Shown piece by piece: positions 56,306-64,000 of a stretch of 64,000 bases of DNA (its first letter is position 1; each line of letters begins with the position of its first letter). The stretch comes from an uncultured Eubacteriales bacterium (GTDB taxonomy: Bacteria; Bacillota; Clostridia; Christensenellales; UBA1242). The stretch lies in assembly GCA_948806215.1 (NCBI GenBank), contig CAQIDI010000002.1, positions 12,968 through 76,967 of the forward strand, given 5' to 3'. Under the pieces are notes generated by a model that searched no databases, had not been told where the DNA came from, and was given only the letters and a program-made list of their open reading frames with translations. A program made the position numbers and the translations under genes.

Positions 56306-56418
56306 TTTTTTTAACTAATGCTTTTTATTATATACTTTTATATTTTAAAAAAAACTAATTGACACTTTATAATATTTAAAATATAATCATAATGCACTGT
56401 TAAAGTGTGGGAACTAGA

Positions 56419-56479
56419 ATAATTTAAATTAATTCTTTAATTACAATTTTTATATATGCACCCATAGCTCAATTGGATA
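56419..56479 (+). repeat. direct repeat copy A: upstream region plus the first 22 nt of tRNA-Arg (truncated pseudo-tRNA 5' end)
   Basis: 61 nt matching 56578-56639 with 2 substitutions (AA vs GG) and a 1-nt T indel. Similarity stops after the D-loop (AATTGGATA). Confidence 0.85.
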
Positions 56480-56577
56480 AAATTTTTAAGTTTAAAAATT
56501 TTGCGTCAGCGCATTACCTAAAAATGTAAACATTCTTCCTTAATTGCTCGACTAATGAGCCACGCTCTGTTATTGAT

Positions 56578-56639
56578 ATAATTTAAATTGGTTCTTTAAT
56601 TACAATTTTTTATATATGCACCCATAGCTCAATTGGATA
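56578..56639 (+). repeat. direct repeat copy B (belongs to the intact tRNA-Arg gene)
   Basis: See copy A. The offset between the two copies is about 160 bp. Confidence 0.85.
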
Positions 56640-56694
56640 GAGCGTTGGTCTACGGAACCAAAGGTTAGGGGTTCGACTCCCTTTGGGTGCACCA
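56618..56694 (+). tRNA. tRNA-Arg (anticodon ACG), CCA encoded
   Basis: Hand-folded cloverleaf. Acceptor GCACCCA/TGGGTGC, D arm GCTC/GAGC, anticodon arm TTGGT-CTACGGA-ACCAA, T arm AGGGG-TTCGACT-CCCTT, discriminator A plus CCA. Confidence 0.9.
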
Positions 56695-56754
56695 ATAATT
56701 CCCTATATTAAGCCATTTTTTGAAAGTGGGGTTTAATATTGAGAATTTAGTGTG

Positions 56755-56780
56755 AATGGCTTTATAAAGCCATTTTTTTA
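56755..56780 (+). terminator. palindromic hairpin plus T-run downstream of the tRNA
   Basis: AATGGCTTTATAAAGCCATT followed by TTTTTT. Confidence 0.6.
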
Positions 56781-56789
56781 TTGTTTAAG

Positions 56790-57884
56790 TTAATAATTTA
56801 CGCTTAATTGAGTATCTAATTGAGTATCAAAGTTTAAAACATTATTGGCTAAATTAAGCCATTTTTGATTACTATTAGGTGCTAATTTAATATAAATTCG
56901 TTCAGTTGTTAATACATCAGAGTGTCCTAACCACTGCTGAATTTGCAATGCTGGCACGCCAAATTCAAATAGTCTAGTGGCAAACGTTTTTCTAAGTGTG
57001 TGAGTGCTTACATTGTTTATCCCCTGCCCCTCACATATTTCTTTAAGTGTTTTAGAAACATTTTTTATGTCGTGCTTAAAAATTCTAAAGCTATTATCAT
57101 AACTTGCAAATCTGCTTAAAATATCAGAACAAATTCCAAACATTGGAACCACCCTATTACTTGTTTCAGTTTTAGGGGCAGAAAGCACACCTGTAGAATA
57201 TGTTTTGTGCACGTGGATTGTTTTATTATTAAAATTTAAATCTTCCCTAGTTAATGCTAGTGCTTCACCAACTCGAAGTCCAGTTAACAACATAACTAAA
57301 TATAAATCCTCGTAGGTGCAACCCTTTATAGATTCCACAAATAATTGCTGTTCCTGAACTGTTAATGGTCTAATATTTATTTTTTTGTGTTTTGGTCTTG
57401 GAAGTAAGTCTAAAATATTAACTTCAATTAAACCTAGTGTTTTAGCTTGTTCCAAACAAGCTTTTAAATAATTAAACACTTTTACACGTTGCCTAGAACC
57501 AGCAATTGAATTTAAAAACTCGTTTATTTCTTCAATCACACTAATTTCACGTGTGTTAAACCAACTAAGTGGTTTGCCTGCAAATTTTGAGATGTGGCAG
57601 TTAAATACACTTTTGTAAGTTAAACCAGTTGATAATCTGATATCTTGCTTATAAACTTTAAGCCATTTATTCCACCAGATGCCAAGAGTTAAAACATTTC
57701 GTGATTGGCGTTTACGTTCTTTTTTAGGTGCACTCTTTAAAGTTTGTTTTAATTTCAACAAAACATCTTCTGCGCTGTTACCATAAATTGCGTGTTGCCC
57801 GTTCGCATCTCGATATCGAACATAATAGCCTCTACCATTTGGGCGAGGCTTTATTGTTTTATTTTCATATTTTAAAATTTTCAT
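56790..57884 (-). CDS. tyrosine-type site-specific integrase
   Basis: Start MKILKYE follows AAAGGAGA (the tracked ORF extends to 58001). Catalytic pattern is TGLRVGEAL, HTLRKTF and LGHSDVLTTERIY. Confidence 0.9.
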   Translation of the reverse strand: MKILKYENKTIKPRPNGRGYYVRYRDANGQHAIYGNSAEDVLLKLKQTLKSAPKKERKRQSRNVLTLGIWWNKWLKVYKQDIRLSTGLTYKSVFNCHISKFAGKPLSWFNTREISVIEEINEFLNSIAGSRQRVKVFNYLKACLEQAKTLGLIEVNILDLLPRPKHKKINIRPLTVQEQQLFVESIKGCTYEDLYLVMLLTGLRVGEALALTREDLNFNNKTIHVHKTYSTGVLSAPKTETSNRVVPMFGICSDILSRFASYDNSFRIFKHDIKNVSKTLKEICEGQGINNVSTHTLRKTFATRLFEFGVPALQIQQWLGHSDVLTTERIYIKLAPNSNQKWLNLANNVLNFDTQLDTQLSVNY

Positions 57885-58146
57885 AGTTTCTCCTTTTTCA
57901 AGAAGACACTCATTTTTTAAAATTTCTACTGCTTCAAGTAAAACGCTTAAATTCTTTTTGTTTGTCACAGTTTTGCCCCGCTCCTTATTTTTTTCAAGCA
58001 TAAGGTGCGTTTTTTAAATTTGCTAGATTTTGTGCCAACTTTTGCGTGACTTAATTTTTAGCACACTTGTTTGGTTTTTAATATAAATTATATTTAAAAT
58101 ATAGGCAACTCTGGCCAGAGTAAAAAAATTTAAGGATAAATATTTT

Positions 58147-58482
58147 ATGAAACAAAAAAATGATAAACAAAAAGCTTTAGAGTTTGTTAAGGAACTCGAA
58201 GAACTACGAGGTAAACAAAAACAGCTCGCAAAGCAATATAAAAACAATTATGCAAAAGCTGATGGTTTTTTAGCTAGATTACAACTTAAGCGCAGATATA
58301 ATCGAATGCGCGATAAAGTTGATAACTACGCAGATGAAATATCTGACCAATACATAGATTTTTTAAAAAAGCACAGCAAAAAGAAAGTTGATAAAAAAGA
58401 TTATTTAAAATACAAAAACGGTATTCAAAGCAAATCATATATCAATGAACTTTTTGATGATGAGCAAAAAAAATCTAGTTAA
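58147..58482 (+). CDS. hypothetical basic coiled-coil protein
   Basis: 111-aa Lys/Gln-rich ORF with no recognisable motif. Confidence 0.45.
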   Translation: MKQKNDKQKALEFVKELEELRGKQKQLAKQYKNNYAKADGFLARLQLKRRYNRMRDKVDNYADEISDQYIDFLKKHSKKKVDKKDYLKYKNGIQSKSYINELFDDEQKKSS

Positions 58483-58542
58483 TTATTTTTATGAGTGCAA
58501 ACACGTGTATTTGCTCCGTGGTAATCCTCGGAGTTTCTTATT

Positions 58543-58854
58543 TTAACTTCTAGCATCAATTAGACCTAGTAAATAACCATAAACCTTTTTCAAATCTTCT
58601 GGGTGGACTTTTTTAACCAACTCTATTATTTGTTTTAATTCTAATGAAACATTTTTCTCCTCACTAGATTGTTGTTCTAATATTTCACCAATGGCTGTGT
58701 TTGTCTTATTTGAAATTTTTAATAAAACATCTATTGGCACCTGTCTTACCTGCTTTTCATAATTTCTGTAAGTTGTGTATGGCACATCTATTAATTTTGC
58801 AAACTGCTTTTGGTTTAAACCCGTTTTTGACTCTCTTATTTCCTTTAAGTCCAT
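58543..58854 (-). CDS. XRE-family HTH repressor-like protein
   Basis: 103 aa with the HTH_3 pattern LNQKQFAKLIDVPYTTYRNYEKQ. Divergent from the plus-strand small-gene block. Confidence 0.8.
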   Translation of the reverse strand: MDLKEIRESKTGLNQKQFAKLIDVPYTTYRNYEKQVRQVPIDVLLKISNKTNTAIGEILEQQSSEEKNVSLELKQIIELVKKVHPEDLKKVYGYLLGLIDARS

Positions 58855-58916
58855 ATTAACCTCCGGATTTATAATACCAAATAACCTAAATATAATAAAA
58901 TTTTTAAATAAAATAG

Positions 58917-58991
58917 CACAAACGTGTAATTTTTAATTGACTTATTATCACGTTTGTGTTTTTATTATTAAAAATAATGACACATTCGTGT
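58917..58991. promoter_or_regulatory. candidate operator set in the repressor/early-gene intergenic region
   Basis: CACAAACGTG (58917-58926) and its exact reverse complement CACGTTTGTG (58949-58958) flank a TTGACT hexamer (58937-58942). A related ACACATTCGTGT lies at 58980-58991. Confidence 0.45.
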
Positions 58992-59020
58992 ATTATATTA
59001 TAAATTTTGGAGGAATTAGA

Positions 59021-59278
59021 ATGAGAGGATTAGACTTTTGGAAAAATTACAGATATGCAATTTGCATTGAGTTTCAAAAAGCAGATGGAACTATTGAAAA
59101 ACACTATGTAACAGAAATTGACAACGAAACAAAAACCTTTGAGTTTAAATCGTGGGAAGAAATTAAGAAAAATAAAATTAAAGTTTTAAGCTTTACTGCT
59201 GAACGAGCTATTGACTTAATGAACAGTATGGTATGCAATGGTTTTTGTGCTTTAATATTTCCCTACTTTGGGGACTAG
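59021..59278 (+). CDS. hypothetical protein
   Basis: 85 aa. ATG follows GGAGG (59009-59013). The tracked ORF start at 58937 is the TTGACT promoter-like hexamer. Confidence 0.55.
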   Translation: MRGLDFWKNYRYAICIEFQKADGTIEKHYVTEIDNETKTFEFKSWEEIKKNKIKVLSFTAERAIDLMNSMVCNGFCALIFPYFGD

Positions 59279-59287
59279 GAGGTAATA

Positions 59288-59530
59288 ATGGAAAATAAAA
59301 TAAAAGCTACAAAAAAAGATTGTTATAACGAAATAGTTAGATTGCTTGAGATAATGCTTTTCGGAAAGAATGATTCGCAAGATGAAGAGCTATTAAAAAA
59401 GATGCTTAGAAATTGTTTAGTTGGTTTAGGAGCCATTGAACATAATGCTGAAATAAAGAAGCAAGAAAAACAAGCTTTAAAGGAACGTAAAAAACTAAAT
59501 TTAAGGGAGCAAGTTAATGAGTGCATTTGA
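59288..59530 (+). CDS. hypothetical protein
   Basis: 80 aa. ATG follows AGGAGG and is tightly packed after the previous gene. Confidence 0.55.
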   Translation: MENKIKATKKDCYNEIVRLLEIMLFGKNDSQDEELLKKMLRNCLVGLGAIEHNAEIKKQEKQALKERKKLNLREQVNECI

Positions 59531-59609
59531 GTATTTAGAAAATAAAAAACAACAAGAATTAATAAAAGCCAGATTAAAAGCTTTAACAAATTTAGTTTAC
59601 AAAAATTAA
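59517..59609 (+). CDS. hypothetical 30-aa protein MSAFEYLENKKQQELIKARLKALTNLVYKN
   Basis: ATG is 7 nt after AAGGGAG and overlaps the end of the previous ORF. Not in the ORF track. Confidence 0.4.
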   Translation: MSAFEYLENKKQQELIKARLKALTNLVYKN

Positions 59610-59618
59610 GGAGGACAA

Positions 59619-59981
59619 ATGTTTAAGTTATTTGATTTTTTAAAAAATATCACATTAAGAAAAAACGATAATAGTTTACCAAAAGTTGCTGTAGGAAAAC
59701 ACGATGCAATTTTTCTAGTAAACGATTCAACAAAACTTTTTGCTTATGCAGAACTTACACGTGCTAGCTCTGGCGAAGAACCTGACTACTACACCGTTAA
59801 GGTAACAGCTAATGGATTTAATATTCGCAAGTCCACTGTACAAGAAGTCATTTACTCTTTAGGTTGTGAAGATGAAGTTCCAGAAGAACAAACTGAAGAA
59901 GAACCTGAGCCAATAGATGAAAAAGAAGAAATGAAAAAACGCTATAAAGAAATGATTGAAAAACATAGAGATAAAAAATAG
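59619..59981 (+). CDS. hypothetical protein with an acidic C-terminal tail
   Basis: 120 aa. ATG follows AAGGAGG. The C terminus is EEQTEEEPEPIDEKEE. Confidence 0.55.
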   Translation: MFKLFDFLKNITLRKNDNSLPKVAVGKHDAIFLVNDSTKLFAYAELTRASSGEEPDYYTVKVTANGFNIRKSTVQEVIYSLGCEDEVPEEQTEEEPEPIDEKEEMKKRYKEMIEKHRDKK

Positions 59982-60014
59982 CGTAATTTCAAAAAAAACA
60001 AGGAGGTAAAGCAA

Positions 60015-60164
60015 ATGAAGTTTATAGGAAAAATAACAACCAGTATTGTTATTCTTGCATTGATTGTATGTGCTGCAGTAAACACTGCAATTCATATTAA
60101 ATCTGGCGAAGCTAAAAATTTAATTAGCAATAATAATACTCAAGTAGAACAACCAGCTGAATAA
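60015..60164 (+). CDS. hypothetical 49-aa single-TM protein
   Basis: ATG follows AAGGAGG (60000-60006). Sequence is MKFIGKITTSIVILALIVCAAV.... Not in the ORF track. Confidence 0.5.
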   Translation: MKFIGKITTSIVILALIVCAAVNTAIHIKSGEAKNLISNNNTQVEQPAE

Positions 60165-60178
60165 ACATCGGAGAAATT

Positions 60179-60547
60179 ATGGGATTATTCAATAAAAAAA
60201 ATAAAAAGAAAAAGGACCCAGTAAAGCCTAAAGAGTTTAGATATAACAAGGCAAGAACTGGGCATCCATCATACATTGTTAAAGTTTCTGGTGATAAGGT
60301 AACTATTTTGGGGTTAACAGAATATGAAAAAACTCATAAGCAAAAAAATATTAAATTAGATAAAAACCCAAACCCTAAAGATTTAAACGATTCGTTTATT
60401 AGACCCCATACTGAAACTATAACATTTACTGATAAAACCTTTAGCAAAAAATTAAAAGATTGGCAATTTGCTAATAGTGATAAATCAAAGGTTGATAAGG
60501 TAATTAAAAAAGGCGAAAAAAAAAGACAAAGCCGCAACGGTAAGTAA
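60179..60547 (+). CDS. hypothetical highly basic protein
   Basis: 122 aa, Lys-rich at both ends. ATG follows GGAGA. Confidence 0.55.
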   Translation: MGLFNKKNKKKKDPVKPKEFRYNKARTGHPSYIVKVSGDKVTILGLTEYEKTHKQKNIKLDKNPNPKDLNDSFIRPHTETITFTDKTFSKKLKDWQFANSDKSKVDKVIKKGEKKRQSRNGK

Positions 60548-60640
60548 AACAAACCATAATCACTTTATCTTGATTTAAGTATAAAAAATTTTGACTTAAT
60601 TGTCAATAGTAAAAAACAAAATAAAAAGTACGGAGGAAAA

Positions 60641-62098
60641 ATGAAAGTAAAAGAAACAATTAAATCGTTATTATTACCTTTGTTGCTGTTACTTAGTTAT
60701 TTTCTCATTAATTTAAATTCAACGCGTTTTTATGTTAATGCTCTAGAACCAAAACAAACTTATACTGGAGTTTTAGAAGATTTACAAAAAGACAAAAATT
60801 TTTCTGAAGAAAATTATTTAGAAAATTCTGAAGATGTTTCTTTAAGTGTTATTCAGATTGCAGAAAGTAAAAACAAGGAACTTTTTATCTATGTATATCA
60901 ACCTTGTTTAACTGAAGATTTAACAGCTACAACAATAAGCATATCAACTGGAATAAAAGATAACGCAAAATGGGAGTTATATAACTTAACTTTACTAAAT
61001 TCAGAAAAAACTTTGTTTAAATACAAGCTAGAAAATTTTGTTGTTAAAGATGATGTTGTCAGGTATTACGACATAAGCGAGATACATAGAAAGTTTAATA
61101 AAAACGTTGATACAGAAACTGGCAACGATAACACAATAAACGAAGTTGCTTTTAAGGTTGCACAATTATGGACTGCTTGCACTGTTAATAATGAAACAAC
61201 TTATGTTCAAACAAAAAACGAGGTTATTGAAATCACTGATAAGTATGTTGATTTTTTAAGGTATCCCCAAGCTACTTGGTTTGGTGGTTTAAATTGTGAT
61301 AGTCACTACGTTGCATTTTCAACTGACCATAATATTGAAAATTTATATGAAGTTGACATTAACTTTGCAACAAGAACATTTAAAAAAACTTATCAGTTTG
61401 ACATATCTGGTGAACAAATCCACAGCGCTATGATTACAGCTGATAATATAACTAACGAATATGGTGAATATATAAACAACTCTAAAACATTCACCTATGA
61501 AGATAAAGTTGACTATGAGATTGGTAATGGTTGGGGGTTCACCACAAAGTATAATTGGAAACGAGTTCAAAGCGTTGAAAGTTTTATTAAAGAAGTTGAA
61601 GAAAACGACACGTTAAAAGTTAGCTTTACGACTACTGCGCAAAACAACTTAAAAAACAAACAATGGGTTTTAAGGTTTTTTGAAAGTGAATATAAAGACA
61701 ACGCAAGCTATATTGGACCGCTTTTAACTAAACGAGTTGAAACTGGAACAGATGTTGAACAAGTAACTATCTTAAGATTAAAATTTGAAAGCAATGGAAT
61801 AGTTTATAACTTGGGCGTGGTTGATAACAAACAAACTGGCGATGAAAACCCAGGCAACACTGTTATAACAAATTATGAAGAATTTTGGAGACAAGTTATA
61901 AACTTCTTTAAATATAACTGGAAATACATAGTTTATGGTATATTGGCAATTATTGCATTAATAATAATTGCACCATTTATGCCTATGATTATAACCGGAC
62001 TTGTTAAATTAATTATTACCATATTTAAAGGTTTATGGTGGGCAATATGTTTACCATTTAATTTATTTAGAAAAAACACGGAGGATATTAATGAGTAA
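60641..62098 (+). CDS. hypothetical secreted/membrane-anchored protein
   Basis: 485 aa with a signal peptide and two C-terminal TM helices. ATG follows GGAGGA. Its stop overlaps the next start (ATGAGTAA). Confidence 0.65.
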   Translation: MKVKETIKSLLLPLLLLLSYFLINLNSTRFYVNALEPKQTYTGVLEDLQKDKNFSEENYLENSEDVSLSVIQIAESKNKELFIYVYQPCLTEDLTATTISISTGIKDNAKWELYNLTLLNSEKTLFKYKLENFVVKDDVVRYYDISEIHRKFNKNVDTETGNDNTINEVAFKVAQLWTACTVNNETTYVQTKNEVIEITDKYVDFLRYPQATWFGGLNCDSHYVAFSTDHNIENLYEVDINFATRTFKKTYQFDISGEQIHSAMITADNITNEYGEYINNSKTFTYEDKVDYEIGNGWGFTTKYNWKRVQSVESFIKEVEENDTLKVSFTTTAQNNLKNKQWVLRFFESEYKDNASYIGPLLTKRVETGTDVEQVTILRLKFESNGIVYNLGVVDNKQTGDENPGNTVITNYEEFWRQVINFFKYNWKYIVYGILAIIALIIIAPFMPMIITGLVKLIITIFKGLWWAICLPFNLFRKNTEDINE

Positions 62099-64000
62099 AG
62101 ATAAAACATTAGGTGTAAGAAAAACAAAAAGAGCAACTATAGGAACAAAGATTGTTGGTGGTGTGTTTTTAACTGCATTTGCTGCATTAACTACAACATC
62201 GCTTGTAGCCTCTTTTATGAACTTTGATGCAACTTGGGCAACCTTAACTGGCAAGCCAGTTTATACGCAAGAACAAGCTGATGAATATAGTAAAGAGCAA
62301 AACAAAGAAAATACTATATTATTAGAAAAATTAAACAACGAACTAAATCTAACAAAGATTGCTTTAGAGGCTGAACAAAGCATTAATAAAAACAACGTTG
62401 AATTGCTAAAGCAAAAGCAAGAGGAATTAACTAACAAAACCACTGAGTTTGCTTCATTGCAAGTTGAGAATGCTGCCAACCTTGGGAAAATAACAGCTTA
62501 TGAAAAACAAATCAATTTATTAAAAGAACAGTTAAAACAAGAACAAGAAAAAACTGATGCTGATAAACAAACAATTTTAAGCTTAAATAGTCAAATAAGC
62601 ACTTTAGAAACTGAAAAGCAAAATTTAGAAAATATTAACACTTCAAATACTAATACTATTAATTTATTAAATTCACAAGTTTTAAATCTTAACAACACTG
62701 TTACAGAACTAACCAATAATATTAATAAAAATATAACAAACATTCAGAAGTTAACTACACAAGTTAATTCTTTGCAAGAAAGTGTTAAGTACTACGAACT
62801 TTTAATTGGTGCTTATGATTTTGAAGATAAAGCTGTAATTACTTTTGAATATAACAACAGTGTTTATAGCTTACAAGTGGTTGATAAAGGAACAGCTCCT
62901 ACAACAAACACTCCAGAGGACACTGACTATATTAAATTTAATTACTGGATGCTTAATGGTGTTGAAGTTGATATTAGCACCTTAAAACCAACTGAAAATA
63001 TTACATTGGTTGCAAACCTAACATATTACTTTGATATAAATTACTACGATGGCTCTGAGAAATACTCTTCAGTAAAAGTTGAACAAGGACAAACACCAGC
63101 TAATTTACAACTTACAAATACTGCAGAAAAACACTTTTTAGGCTGGAGTTTAGATGGTGTTAATGTTGTTAACCCTTCAAGTATTCAAGTTAATGAAACT
63201 ACTAACCTATATGCAGTTTGGGATTATGCTAAAGAAGTTAAATTTGTTAATGGTACTGAACAAGTTGGTAATATTCAAAAAGCATTTAACATCTCAGAGC
63301 TAACTATTCCAACACTAACTAAAACTGGTTATAACTTTATTGGTTGGACTTTAGATGGTGAAACTATTGTTGATTTAACAAATTATGAGTTAACAACCAA
63401 TGTTGTTTTTATGGCTAAATTTGAATTAATAGAACACACAATAACTTTTATTAATGAAGGCTTAAATTATTCAATATTTAATTATTCTGTTGAAAACAAT
63501 GTAATTAATGTTACTGAACCAACTAAGGAAAACTATACTTTTACTTACTGGTCTTTAGAAAATGGTAAACGTATTAATTTATCTGAACTAGAAGTAGATA
63601 GTGATATTACACTAACTGCACACTATATTTATAATCAGTTAATAGGAACATATTATTATCGTGATTTTATGCCAAATTCATATACAGATGAAGCCACTGG
63701 AGAAACTTATCCTTGTGGTGCAGATATATATAATTTAATTATAAATGCAGATGGGACAGTTACATATAAAAAAGTAACTGGAGTTTATAACAATAGAAAT
63801 GATATAAAATTTGCTAAAATATTAAAACAAACAATTGTGACATATGATTACATTGATTTTGAATTAGCCGATAACTCAGCTAATACAGGAACTGGAAAAA
63901 TTCAAAAATTTGGTTATTTTAGTGGTAGACCTGGTAATCAAATATTTGTTGAAGAATTAACTACAGTATATACGTTTACTTTTGAAATTAATAATACTTT
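62091..64000 (+). CDS. large surface protein (partial, continues past the window) with an N-terminal TM anchor, a coiled coil and Listeria-Bacteroides-type repeats
   Basis: Hand translation is open from ATG 62091 to the window end. Sequence starts MSKDKTLGVRKTKRATIGTKIVGGVFLTAFAAL. It has a heptad-like Q/N/L-rich region and at least 4 repeats of the GYNFIGWTLDG...V...F type. Missing from the ORF track because it has no stop. Confidence 0.75.
   Translation, partial: MSKDKTLGVRKTKRATIGTKIVGGVFLTAFAALTTTSLVASFMNFDATWATLTGKPVYTQEQADEYSKEQNKENTILLEKLNNELNLTKIALEAEQSINKNNVELLKQKQEELTNKTTEFASLQVENAANLGKITAYEKQINLLKEQLKQEQEKTDADKQTILSLNSQISTLETEKQNLENINTSNTNTINLLNSQVLNLNNTVTELTNNINKNITNIQKLTTQVNSLQESVKYYELLIGAYDFEDKAVITFEYNNSVYSLQVVDKGTAPTTNTPEDTDYIKFNYWMLNGVEVDISTLKPTENITLVANLTYYFDINYYDGSEKYSSVKVEQGQTPANLQLTNTAEKHFLGWSLDGVNVVNPSSIQVNETTNLYAVWDYAKEVKFVNGTEQVGNIQKAFNISELTIPTLTKTGYNFIGWTLDGETIVDLTNYELTTNVVFMAKFELIEHTITFINEGLNYSIFNYSVENNVINVTEPTKENYTFTYWSLENGKRINLSELEVDSDITLTAHYIYNQLIGTYYYRDFMPNSYTDEATGETYPCGADIYNLIINADGTVTYKKVTGVYNNRNDIKFAKILKQTIVTYDYIDFELADNSANTGTGKIQKFGYFSGRPGNQIFVEELTTVYTFTFEINNT

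Larger units (their letters stand above)
56695..64000. mobile_element. integrase-associated integrated element adjacent to tRNA-Arg (right end outside the window)
   Basis: A tyrosine integrase lies about 95 nt from the tRNA 3' end, followed by a divergent XRE repressor/early-gene switch and a run of small orphan ORFs. No second att copy is visible. Confidence 0.6.

Noticed and set aside
56480-56577. A possible second tRNA or tRNA fragment on either strand between the two tRNA-Arg 5' repeats. For example, GGCTCATTAGTCGAGC on the minus strand resembles a D-arm.
   Set aside because: No acceptor, anticodon or T-arm pairing can be built around it, so there is no cloverleaf.
56419-56639. Direct repeats considered as a minimal CRISPR-like array.
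   Set aside because: There are only two copies, they contain tRNA and promoter sequence, and there are no cas genes. This is better explained as a tRNA-locus duplication.
80-62479. Many 60-110-aa ORFs in the track that lie antisense to or inside long genes. Examples are 80..337, 2397..2648, 5696..5974, 7368..7632, 12475..12884, 23111..23407, 38481..38771, 44045..44365, 49210..49515, 55377..55704, 58023..58247, 59323..59589, 59859..60095, 61343..61570 and 62063..62479.
   Set aside because: They are shadow ORFs of well-supported genes on the opposite strand or in another frame. They have low-complexity or hydrophobic composition typical of AT-rich antisense frames and no SD.
1-64000. An alternative genetic code (TGA = Trp, as in many Mollicutes), considered because of the AT-richness and lipoprotein content.
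   Set aside because: An RF2 gene with a TGA-dependent autoregulatory frameshift is present. TGA also terminates recD2 (overlapping the comFC ATG) and tetR. All long ORFs are intact under the standard code.

Overview
This is an AT-rich chromosomal window from a low-GC, anaerobic-looking bacterium. It looks Firmicutes/Mollicutes-like, but that taxonomic call is low confidence. The genetic code is standard with TGA as a stop, because an RF2 gene with a canonical CTT TGA C recoding site is present.

Gene content from left to right:
- A Cys-rich membrane protein, mgtE and radC.
- Glycyl-radical enzymes: pflBA and nrdDG.
- A bacterial-type aspS.
- A surface-glycan-like block: two processive GT2 synthases, a metallophosphoesterase lipoprotein and a 1100-aa glycoside-hydrolase-like lipoprotein.
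- A kinase-fold orphan, a heterodimeric ABC exporter, and an archaeal-type aspS plus asnS operon.
- A second kinase-fold paralog, an acyl-ACP thioesterase, a third GT2 synthase and a 420-aa orphan.
- A tight secA / HD / NDT-like / HD / prfB / tsaD operon, then recD2-comFC.
- A second ABC exporter pair, two flavoproteins, a GNAT, and TetR plus a fused MacB-type ABC transporter.
- DUF421 and SIMPL proteins, then tRNA-Arg(ACG).
- A tyrosine-integrase element that runs off the right edge of the window.

Most interesting observations:
1. Three short, SD-preceded leader ORFs sit in front of mgtE (MDPVPNQ...), the bacterial-type aspS (seven consecutive Asn codons) and the aspS2-asnS operon (VDDCDNNF). 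Each is followed by an SD-sequestering helix or an intrinsic terminator. This suggests ribosome-mediated attenuation where M-box or T-box riboswitches would normally be expected.
2. A G10 tract fills a perfect 17-nt -35/-10 spacer upstream of one GT2 synthase, which looks like a phase-variable promoter.
3. A duplicated promoter plus 5' part of tRNA-Arg lies next to the integrase element. The visible cargo of that element is membrane and surface proteins rather than recognisable phage or conjugation genes.

The ORF track omits several short ORFs and one open-ended ORF (62091 to the window end), which I translated by hand. No rRNA and no CRISPR array were seen.
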